64,000 nucleotides of DNA from an uncultured Omnitrophica bacterium (lineage in GTDB: Bacteria > Omnitrophota > Gorgyraeia > JACQQV01). Where the stretch lies: NCBI GenBank assembly GCA_947085655.1, contig CAMTXH010000011.1:1515-65514 (forward strand), written 5' to 3'. Positions 35,276 through 42,944 of the stretch are shown here, one piece after another. How positions within the stretch are numbered: position 1 is the first letter of the stretch; each line of letters starts with the position of its first letter. Both the position numbers and the translations under genes were made by a program. The notes under the pieces are model-generated. The model worked only from the letters and a program-made list of their open reading frames with translations. It was not told where the DNA came from and searched no databases.

Positions 35276-36247
35276 ATGACGCTTCTCGTGACCGGAGGGA
35301 CCGGGTATCTCGGGGGTGCGGTTGTCCGGGTTCTCGCAAAAGATTACGCCTTGCGGCTTTTGGTTCGGGATCCGGCCAAAGTTTCTATCCGGGGAAAGGG
35401 GATCGAACCGGTCCAGGGGGACATCCGGGACCGGACGACCGTCCGGAGAGCGATACAAGGTTGCGAGGGTGTGTTGCATTTGGCCGCCGTGGTCAAACGC
35501 TGGGTGAGAAGACGGTCCCTCTTCGAGGAGGTGAATGTGGAGGGATTCCGGAACGTTGCGGAAAGTGCCTGGGAGGCGGGGGTTCAGCGTTTCCTTTACA
35601 CCTCCAGTGTCCTCGCCCTTGATCCGACGGAAAATGCGCCGAGCCGGAATCTCGCCGCCAATGCTTACGTCGCCTCGAAACAGAAAGCGCTCGCCCTGGC
35701 CAGGACCTATCAAACGGAGAATCGGCCCCTCATGATCATGATTCCGACCCTCCTTTACGGGCGGGGCAACTGGACAGAAGGTAATCATATTTCCTATCTG
35801 CTCAAGTCCCTTCTTTCGGGCACGTTTCCCGGATGGATTGACGGCGGGAGGTGGCGTTGGAATTTTGCGTATGTGGAGGATGTGGCAGCCGGCTACCGGC
35901 TCGCCATTGAAAAAGGAAAAATGGGGGAGGAGTATCTGTTGGGAGGGGAAACGGTTTCCGTCCGGGAATTCTTCACCCGGGCCGCCCGGATCGCCGGATG
36001 CCCTCTGCCCGGGCGGGAAATTCCCTACCCTGCTCTTTGGAGTTATGCGCTTCTTCAGGAGTTTCTGGCAGGGCTTTTTTCCAAAGAACCGGCCCTGACC
36101 CGGGGTATTTTGGCGACCTACCGGCATGACTGGGATTACCGGGATCAAAAAGCAAGGGAAACATTGGGATACACCTCCACTTCTCTCGACCAAGCCCTCA
36201 CTCGGACAATGCAGTGGCTGAAGGAGGATTCGTCATCGCGTTTGTAA
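35276..36247 (+). CDS. NAD-dependent epimerase/dehydratase (extended SDR)
   Basis: 'LLVTGGTGYLGGAVVRVL' Rossmann motif. Catalytic YxxxK 'YVASK'. Confidence 0.8.
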   Translation: MTLLVTGGTGYLGGAVVRVLAKDYALRLLVRDPAKVSIRGKGIEPVQGDIRDRTTVRRAIQGCEGVLHLAAVVKRWVRRRSLFEEVNVEGFRNVAESAWEAGVQRFLYTSSVLALDPTENAPSRNLAANAYVASKQKALALARTYQTENRPLMIMIPTLLYGRGNWTEGNHISYLLKSLLSGTFPGWIDGGRWRWNFAYVEDVAAGYRLAIEKGKMGEEYLLGGETVSVREFFTRAARIAGCPLPGREIPYPALWSYALLQEFLAGLFSKEPALTRGILATYRHDWDYRDQKARETLGYTSTSLDQALTRTMQWLKEDSSSRL

Positions 36248-36924
36248 TCGGATTTCTGGCCAATCTTATTTTCGCTGCCCTTGCCCTTTTGGCAAGGAGC
36301 GTCACCCTATCTGGGGCGCTGACGGGACTTTTGATCGGGACCTGGATTTACGGGATTTTGGGCTGGCGCGGATTTTCGGTCGTCGCGTTTTTTTTCATTT
36401 TCGGTTCATTCTTTACCCGATGGGGTTACGATGTGAAAAAGACCTGGGGCATGGCTCAGAGGTGGGGGGGCCGGCGGACCTATCGGGAGGCGCTTGCGAA
36501 GGGGCTTGGAGGGGCGCTTTTTGCAGCCGGCTTTGCTCTCGGGTATCCTTTTTCCCGGATCGCCTTTGTCGGTGCATTCGCGACCGCCTTTGCCGACACC
36601 ACCGCCACGGAACTCGGATCTCTTTACGGACGCAGACCCTTTCTTCTTTTTCCGTTTAAGCGGGTGGGAGCCGGAACACCGGGGGCGATCTCTTGGGAAG
36701 GAACCCTTTTGGGGATGCTTGCCTCCGCCGGACTTTCGGTCTTTTCCTGGAGGATCGGACTCATTGAACAGGGTGCCGTTCCCTGGGCGGTGGTGGGGAG
36801 TACGGCCGCTTTTGTCTCGGAAAGTTTCCTGGCTCGGCTCTCCATCGGGCACGATCTTCGGAATTTTCTGAACACACTCATGGGCGCTTTCTTTACGGTG
36901 GTGCTGGTCCGGTTTTTCGGATGA
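36214..36924 (+). CDS. integral membrane protein, DUF92/TMEM19-like
   Basis: 236 aa, 6-7 TM, Gly/Ala-rich. The family call is a tentative resemblance. Start may be slightly downstream (34-bp overlap with the epimerase). Confidence 0.45.
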   Translation: MAEGGFVIAFVIGFLANLIFAALALLARSVTLSGALTGLLIGTWIYGILGWRGFSVVAFFFIFGSFFTRWGYDVKKTWGMAQRWGGRRTYREALAKGLGGALFAAGFALGYPFSRIAFVGAFATAFADTTATELGSLYGRRPFLLFPFKRVGAGTPGAISWEGTLLGMLASAGLSVFSWRIGLIEQGAVPWAVVGSTAAFVSESFLARLSIGHDLRNFLNTLMGAFFTVVLVRFFG

Positions 36925-37799
36925 CGACACTTCGCCATTTTTGGGAGTTGATCCGGCCGTTTACACTTCTTCCTCCCGCCGTCGGGTTTTTGTCGGCGGC
37001 GGTCATCGGGGCAAGGGGCTGGCCCCCGCCCCTCTCTTTTTTCGGGGTCGCGGCCGCTGTTTTTCTGAACGCGGCTTCCAATGCCGTCAATCAAATTTTT
37101 GATCTGGAGATCGACCGGCTCAATAAGCCCACGCGCGTCCTTCCATCGGGGAGACTCTCCCTTCGGCAGGCCGCCGGGGCCGCGGTTTTTTTCCTTGGTT
37201 TGGCGCTTGGGTCCGCCTGGCAAGTACCGAATAAACAGTTCTTCGGCATCGTGGTCCTCGCGGCCTTGATCACTTTTTTCTATTCCAGCCCGCCGCTTCG
37301 GATGAAACAGTTTCCGTTTCTTTCGAATCTCTGGATTGCCGTTCCGCGGGGGATGCTTTTGATGGTGAGCGGCTGGGCTTCGGTTCGGGATATTTGGGAG
37401 CGGGAGGTCTGGGTCATCGGGGTCATTTTCGGCCTTTTTGTTTTCGGGGCGACGACGACGAAAGACTTCAGCGATGTGGAGGGAGATCGATCCTTCGGCT
37501 GCCGGACCCTGCCGGATCTTTTGGGATTCCGGGGGGCAGCACTCTTCATGGCGCCGTTTTTAAGTCTTTCGTTTTTGGGCTTGCCGCTTGCGAAGGGAGC
37601 GGGATTTTTGACCGGCCGGGGGGATCTTTTGCTTGCCTCGGGGATTGTCCTTTCCGCATGGGGCGCGTATACGGCCTGGCTCATTCTTCGTAAACCCGAG
37701 GCGCTCGCCATCGACCAAAACCATGTTTCCTGGAAGCATATGTATCTGATGCTGATGGCGGCCCAGATCGGGACGGCCGCTTCTTATTGGGGGATCTGA
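36921..37799 (+). CDS. UbiA-family prenyltransferase
   Basis: First Asp-rich motif 'NAVNQIFDLEIDRLNKPTRVLPSG' and second 'KDFSDVEGDRSFG'. 8-9 TM. ATGA overlap with the upstream gene. Confidence 0.85.
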   Translation: MTTLRHFWELIRPFTLLPPAVGFLSAAVIGARGWPPPLSFFGVAAAVFLNAASNAVNQIFDLEIDRLNKPTRVLPSGRLSLRQAAGAAVFFLGLALGSAWQVPNKQFFGIVVLAALITFFYSSPPLRMKQFPFLSNLWIAVPRGMLLMVSGWASVRDIWEREVWVIGVIFGLFVFGATTTKDFSDVEGDRSFGCRTLPDLLGFRGAALFMAPFLSLSFLGLPLAKGAGFLTGRGDLLLASGIVLSAWGAYTAWLILRKPEALAIDQNHVSWKHMYLMLMAAQIGTAASYWGI

Positions 37800-38539
37800 T
37801 GCGGGACCGGCTGGAGAGTCTTGTCCGTTCGAGGATCTGTTATCTTTATCTTTTTTTCGCAACCGTTTTCGCGTTTTTTTTCGCCAAAGGGAGCGGTTCG
37901 AAGCTTGCGTTACCGATTTTGATGACGCTCGTCATTTATCCGGTGTACGCCCTAGACCTTTCGCAAGGCGCCCGGCGTCTTGCCGCATTCCATACCTTTT
38001 TTTGGGCCGCTGTCGCCTCAGTCTTGATGGTTATTTTCGTGCGGGAGGATCCCAACCAGTTGTCGAACCTCGTCTTTAAGGGAATAGCCTACCGGGATGA
38101 AATGTTCCGGTGGATTCTCACCGGAGAAGGAGCGGAGGGGAACATCCGGCTCTTTCTCCCGGAACATCTGAAACATTTTGCCCTCTTTTGCGCAAGCACT
38201 CTCATCACGGGCGGCGTCTGGGGTCTTGCCTTCGGGGCGATACTGCTCAATTACATGAACTTTTATGTCGGCACTCTTTCGCTTCATGCACATGATCCCC
38301 TTCTTGTGGCGGTTTTGGGATGGCCGCCCTGGAGTCTTTTGCGGGTGATCGGATATGTCTTGTGCGGGGTTGCTTTGTCGGAGCCGCTTTTGTCTCAACT
38401 CCTCCGCTTCCGTCTCAATTTCGGAAAATCTGCCCGCTGGTTTTTCTTCGGGCTCCTTTTCATCGTTCTGGACATTTTGGTTAAGGCGAACCTTGCCGGT
38501 TTCTGGAGAGGGCTCCTAAGGGGTCTTGTTTCGTTCTGA
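37799..38539 (+). CDS. hypothetical polytopic membrane protein
   Basis: ATG at 37799 overlaps the UbiA stop (TGATG). 6 predicted TM. No known motif. Confidence 0.5.
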   Translation: MRDRLESLVRSRICYLYLFFATVFAFFFAKGSGSKLALPILMTLVIYPVYALDLSQGARRLAAFHTFFWAAVASVLMVIFVREDPNQLSNLVFKGIAYRDEMFRWILTGEGAEGNIRLFLPEHLKHFALFCASTLITGGVWGLAFGAILLNYMNFYVGTLSLHAHDPLLVAVLGWPPWSLLRVIGYVLCGVALSEPLLSQLLRFRLNFGKSARWFFFGLLFIVLDILVKANLAGFWRGLLRGLVSF

Positions 38540-38540
38540 C

Positions 38541-39161
38541 ATGGCTGACTTTTATACCGTCTGGTACCGGACCATGAAGAGGGGGATCGACATCTCCCTT
38601 TCGCTTATCGGGATTCTTTTGACCCTTCCGGTCTGGGTGGTGGTGGCCATCGCGATCAAATGCGATTCCAGGGGTCCTGTGATTTTTAAGCAGATCCGTG
38701 TGGGAAAAGACGGCCACCTTTTCACTTTTTACAAGTTCCGTTCGATGCATCTCGGCGCAGAGGAGATGAAGATAAAGCTCAAACACTTGAGCACGGCGGA
38801 GGGCCCCATCTTTAAGATCAAAGATGATCCGCGGGTGACGCGGATCGGACGTTTCCTCAGGCGCACGACCCTGGATGAACTGCCGCAACTCTTCAATGTG
38901 CTGAAGGGAGAAATGAGCTTGGTCGGACCGCGCCCGCCTCTTCCGGAAGAGGTGGCCTTGTATACCCCCCTTCAGCGAAAACGGCTGGATGTGACGCCGG
39001 GGCTGACCTGTCTTTGGCAGGTGAGCGGAAGGAGTGAAGTGTCGTTTTCGGAATGGGTTCAACTCGACCTTTATTATATTCAGCACCAGTCCCTGCTTTT
39101 GGACATCAAGATTTTAATTCGAACGATTCCGGCGGTTCTCTCCCGCCGCGGCGCTTATTAG
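38541..39161 (+). CDS. initiating phosphoglycosyltransferase (bacterial sugar transferase, PglC/WcaJ-C-terminal type)
   Basis: 'YRTMKRGIDISLSLIGILLTLPVW' re-entrant helix. 'RFLRRTTLDELPQLFNVLKGEMSLVGPRPPLPEEV'. Confidence 0.85.
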   Translation: MADFYTVWYRTMKRGIDISLSLIGILLTLPVWVVVAIAIKCDSRGPVIFKQIRVGKDGHLFTFYKFRSMHLGAEEMKIKLKHLSTAEGPIFKIKDDPRVTRIGRFLRRTTLDELPQLFNVLKGEMSLVGPRPPLPEEVALYTPLQRKRLDVTPGLTCLWQVSGRSEVSFSEWVQLDLYYIQHQSLLLDIKILIRTIPAVLSRRGAY

Positions 39162-39173
39162 GAGGATGAGGAA

Positions 39174-40436
39174 ATGTCACTCTTTAAGAAAATTTTGACG
39201 TTGGGGGGAAACGAGACCTACGACCGGGCGATGAATCATTACAACCGCGCGGAGTATGAAGAGGCGATCCGGGAATTTGATAAGATTACCAAATTCCCGC
39301 TTGGGGGAGGGCGGCTTTATCCGCGGCTCGCCCTTTTCTACGAGGGACAGGCCTATCGGAATCTGGGACTGGTGGAGATGCACCAGGGACGTTTCGCCGA
39401 AGCGGTCCCAAAGTTTGAAAAAGCGGCGCAGCTCACCCCGGAGAATGTCGAGATCCATCTTTATCTGGGGCTCTCGTATAACAACGAAGGACGTTACGAA
39501 GATGCGGTGCAGGAGTTGACGCTGGTCGTCCGGGAGGAGCCGCGGGATGTGCAAGGGTATCTCCGTCTTGCCTCTGCCCTGACGAATGCGGGACGGCTTC
39601 CGGAAGCGGAGGAGCAGCTCCGGAAGGCGATCCGGATGGAGAAAGGATATGCCGACCTCCATTTTCTTCTGGCCAATGTCCTGGTCCGAAAGGGAGAACA
39701 TGCCGCCGCCGCGGCCTCCTTTGAAGAGGCGATCCGGCTGAACGACAAATATCTCGAGGCGTATGCCAGACTCGGATATACCTTCGGTTTTCTCTCCGAT
39801 TGGGAGAAAGCAAAGGAGAAAATTCGAAAAGCCCTTTCTCTCTCTCCAGCAGACCCCTCCCCCAGGGAATCCCTCCTCTTATTAGAGGAAGGGACTACGA
39901 AGGGGAACGACGCTTTTCTTCAGAAGGGGCATGAGGCGTTTTCGGCGGCCCTGACGATTGACCCACGGGCAGCCGATACCTTCATGGCGCTTCAAAAGGC
40001 CCAGAGGGATATCGGTTTTTATAACACGTTGGTTCAGATCTATCAGAATGCGGTACACGACCACCCGAACTACGCCGATTTTCACTACGGCCTCGGAAAT
40101 GCCTGTCATCAGCTCGAGCGGCGGAAGGAAGCGATTCAACATTACGAGAAAGCCCTTTCGATCAATCCGAATTACATCCAGGCCCAGATCGCCCTCGGTT
40201 ACTGCTACAAAGAGATCGGAAACCGCGAAGCGGCCAAAAAGATTTTTGAACAACTCGCGGCAAAGGAAACGCACCATCCGGAGGTCTTTTTCCAGTTGGG
40301 ACTTCTGTTAGGGGAGGAGGGGGAGTTGGATCGCGCCATCACCCTCATCGAAAAAGCGCTCGCCATGAGGCGGGATCTGGAGGGGGCCAAAGAGGCGTTG
40401 GAGGCCCTTCGGAAAAAAAGGAGAGGACTTGGCTAA
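39174..40436 (+). CDS. TPR-repeat protein
   Basis: Multiple 34-residue repeats with the W-LG-Y / A-F-A-P pattern (for example 'AEAVPKFEKAAQLTPENVEIHLYLGLSY'). Confidence 0.75.
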   Translation: MSLFKKILTLGGNETYDRAMNHYNRAEYEEAIREFDKITKFPLGGGRLYPRLALFYEGQAYRNLGLVEMHQGRFAEAVPKFEKAAQLTPENVEIHLYLGLSYNNEGRYEDAVQELTLVVREEPRDVQGYLRLASALTNAGRLPEAEEQLRKAIRMEKGYADLHFLLANVLVRKGEHAAAAASFEEAIRLNDKYLEAYARLGYTFGFLSDWEKAKEKIRKALSLSPADPSPRESLLLLEEGTTKGNDAFLQKGHEAFSAALTIDPRAADTFMALQKAQRDIGFYNTLVQIYQNAVHDHPNYADFHYGLGNACHQLERRKEAIQHYEKALSINPNYIQAQIALGYCYKEIGNREAAKKIFEQLAAKETHHPEVFFQLGLLLGEEGELDRAITLIEKALAMRRDLEGAKEALEALRKKRRGLG

Positions 40437-41481
40437 ATTCTTTCCGCTCAAGACCGGTGTTTCCTATTTCGGGAATTATTTTTTGGGACATTTCAAGCGG
40501 GATCTGAAGACGATGGTCCGGGGGGGATGCAATTTCATCGTCCTCACCTTCAGCGAACTCGACCTTCAATATTACCGTGGAACAATGAAAGACATGGTGA
40601 AGGCCTCTCAGGATGCGGGATTGGAAGTCTATCTCGATCCCTGGGGCATCGGACGTGTCTTCGGCGGAGAATCCTATTCGGAGTTTCTCGTGCGTCAGCC
40701 ACAGACCTGCCAGGTCAGCTCCACCGGAAAGCGCCTTCCGATTGCCTGTCTGAACCACCCGCTCTTTCAGGATTTTTTGATGGAATGGTGCGAGGCCGGA
40801 TTTGAATTCAAAATCGATTATTTCTTCTGGGACGAGCCCCACTTTCATCTGTTTAAACATGAGGAGAGAGAAAAAGGACTCTGGAGCTGCCGCTGCCCGG
40901 TCTGTCAGAAACAGTTTGAGCAGAAATTCGGAAAGCAGATGCCAAAAACCTACACCGCCGAGGTTCGGCTTTTCCGGGAAAGTTCTGTGGTCCGATTCCT
41001 CAAGAAATTCTGCAACATCGCCAAAAAGGAAGGGTTCCGAAACGCCGTCTGTCTCCTGCCCGATATTTACAGCCAATACGCCTTCCGGGACTGGGAAAAA
41101 GTCGCCGCGATCAAAACTGTGGATGTCTTTGGTACCGACCCTTACTGGCACTTCGGCGTATCGGATGTGGCGACTTTTGTGAGGGGCTATGCCCGCCGGG
41201 TCGTTGCCCTATCCCGGAAATACCGGAAAGAACCCCAAATCTGGATTCTGAATTTCAGGATTCGGAAGGGGAAGGAGCGGGACATTTCCCTTGCCATCCG
41301 GGCCGCCTATGAAGAGGGGATCCGGAACTTTGCCGCCTGGTCCTACTGGGGAACCGGCCAGATGTCCTACCTGAGAAGCGATAACCCTAACCGGGTCTGG
41401 CAGACCCTCTCCCGCGCCTACCGCTCCCTCCATAAGGGACGTTTCCCTGGCCCTGCCAGGGGCGGGGCCAGGACAGGCTAG
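40429..41481 (+). CDS. hypothetical protein (possible TIM-barrel hydrolase-like). C-terminal about 15 codons are encoded by a repeat element.
   Basis: 350-aa ORF in an operon position. No confident motif. The 3' end (from 41436) reads into the GGGACGTTT element. Confidence 0.45.
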   Translation: MAKFFPLKTGVSYFGNYFLGHFKRDLKTMVRGGCNFIVLTFSELDLQYYRGTMKDMVKASQDAGLEVYLDPWGIGRVFGGESYSEFLVRQPQTCQVSSTGKRLPIACLNHPLFQDFLMEWCEAGFEFKIDYFFWDEPHFHLFKHEEREKGLWSCRCPVCQKQFEQKFGKQMPKTYTAEVRLFRESSVVRFLKKFCNIAKKEGFRNAVCLLPDIYSQYAFRDWEKVAAIKTVDVFGTDPYWHFGVSDVATFVRGYARRVVALSRKYRKEPQIWILNFRIRKGKERDISLAIRAAYEEGIRNFAAWSYWGTGQMSYLRSDNPNRVWQTLSRAYRSLHKGRFPGPARGGARTG

Positions 41482-41570
41482 TTCTGGCCCCGAAGCCTGC
41501 CGGGGTGTCCCCAGTCTGCCCTGACCGGCAGGCCAAGGGGACAGGTTGGGGCCAAGTGTAGAAACGTCCC
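41436..41570. repeat. GGGACGTTT-family palindromic element (copy B)
   Basis: Starts GGGACGTTTCCC and ends GTGTAGAAACGTCCC. The internal sequence (GGCCCCGAAG...GGGGACAGGTTGGGGCCAAGTG) is about 80% identical to the 60.5-kb copy. Confidence 0.6.
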
Positions 41571-41587
41571 TCGAGTGAAACAAAGTA

Positions 41588-41639
41588 TTGACCCTTCGAC
41601 TCCGCTCAGGGTCAATGGTGAGTGGAATCGAAACCATTG
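41588..41639. repeat. two adjacent hairpins (TTGACCCT-TCGACTCCGCTC-AGGGTCAA; CAATGGT-N13-ACCATTG) upstream of the ROK gene
   Basis: Perfect 8-bp and 7-bp stems. The second is followed by ACACTTTTTT. Shares the TCGACTCCGCTC core with the 4.3-kb element. Confidence 0.45.
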
Positions 41640-41701
41640 ACACTTTTTTAATGTTGTGCTACCTTAAAAAAGCGACTTTTTAAAAGAGATTAAAAAGAAA
41701 G

Positions 41702-42943
41702 ATGAGACGGGTTTATTCCACAGACCAAGACCTGACCGACCGCGAACGGAAGAACCTCCTGATCCTGGAGGCGATCCGAAGGCAGAAAGAGACCACCAAA
41801 ACCGAAATCTCCAAACTGACCAAACTCAACATCGTCACGATTTCCAACTATGTCAACCACTTCATTGAACAGGGACTCGTGATTGAGAAGGGGTATGACA
41901 TCTCGGGCGGCGGGCGGCGGCCTCTTCTTCTGGAACTGAATCCCAAAGTCGGCTATGTGGTCGGCCTCGGGCTTTCCATGACCAATATGGTCGGCACCCT
42001 CACCGATCTCGGCGGACATGTTGTCGCGGAACTGAAGCGGGAGAAGCCGCCGGTGGTCGCCACCCGAAACAGCCCCCTTTCGCAGGAGTCGGCCGAGGCG
42101 ATTGTTCAGGGGTTGATTCAGCTGGCGAGTGACCTGATGGATCAATCCAAAGTGGATGTGGCAAAAGTCAAGGGAATCGGTGTCGGGATTCCCGGCATCA
42201 TCGATGAACCGGGCCGGACCGTCCGCTGGACTTCCCAGATCGGGGTGCCCGGCAAAGAAAGCCCTTACGATGTTTCCATCTCCATCTCCGTCAAAGACCT
42301 TTTTGAGCATCGGTTCAATATCCCGACTTTTATCGAGAATGACGCCACCGTGGCCGCTTTCGGGGTGTTGTGGCTCGGTCTTGAGCCGGGAATCAAAAAC
42401 CTCATTTATATGTATTCCGGCGTCGGATGCGGCATCATCATTAACGGAGAAGTCTATCGGGGAACGAGCGGCGGCGCCGGGGAACTCACCGTTTATCAGT
42501 TAAAGGATGGACAGAACAGTCTGTCACTCGGTCCGCTGCAGATGGTCGGACTGGATATGGGGATGTTGCAAAAGGCGCGCGAGGGGATGGGAAAAGGGGC
42601 GGAGACGATCCTCAGGGCGGAGGGACTCTCCGCAAAAAGAATCATTGAGGCGGCGAAGGACGGAGACCGATTTGCGACGGAACTGGTGGAGGAAGGCGGC
42701 ATCGCCCTCGGCCTCAAAGTCGCCTTTTTGGTCAATTTTCTGAATCCGGAAGTGGTGGTGATCGGCGGCGGGATGGAGGAAGCCGGCTCAATCATCCTGG
42801 AACCGATCAAGCGGGTTGTCAAACAATGTTCCTTCGCTGAGCATGCCGGAGATGTTCGGATTATTCCCTCCCGGTTGGGGGAGAATGCGGTGGCGCTCGG
42901 TGCCGCGAGTCTTGTCATTCAAAGCGCTTTTGCACAGGCATAA
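41702..42943 (+). CDS. ROK-family transcriptional regulator (N-terminal wHTH + ROK sugar-kinase-like domain)
   Basis: 'GIGVGIPGIIDEPGRTV' and 'ENDATVAAFG'. N-terminal HTH 'TKTEISKLTKLNIVTISNYV'. Confidence 0.85.
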   Translation: MRRVYSTDQDLTDRERKNLLILEAIRRQKETTKTEISKLTKLNIVTISNYVNHFIEQGLVIEKGYDISGGGRRPLLLELNPKVGYVVGLGLSMTNMVGTLTDLGGHVVAELKREKPPVVATRNSPLSQESAEAIVQGLIQLASDLMDQSKVDVAKVKGIGVGIPGIIDEPGRTVRWTSQIGVPGKESPYDVSISISVKDLFEHRFNIPTFIENDATVAAFGVLWLGLEPGIKNLIYMYSGVGCGIIINGEVYRGTSGGAGELTVYQLKDGQNSLSLGPLQMVGLDMGMLQKAREGMGKGAETILRAEGLSAKRIIEAAKDGDRFATELVEEGGIALGLKVAFLVNFLNPEVVVIGGGMEEAGSIILEPIKRVVKQCSFAEHAGDVRIIPSRLGENAVALGAASLVIQSAFAQA

Positions 42944-42944
42944 A

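Noticed and set aside
36214-36247. 34-bp overlap between the epimerase and DUF92 genes as evidence of a frameshift or fusion
   Set aside because: Both proteins look complete with their own termini. Short overlaps are the rule in this locus. No alternative in-frame start could be chosen confidently.
41636-41670. TTGACA followed 17-18 bp later by TACCTT upstream of the first ROK gene as a promoter
   Set aside because: The -10 is weak, and the TTGACA overlaps the stem of the preceding hairpin. It is left as unannotated upstream sequence.
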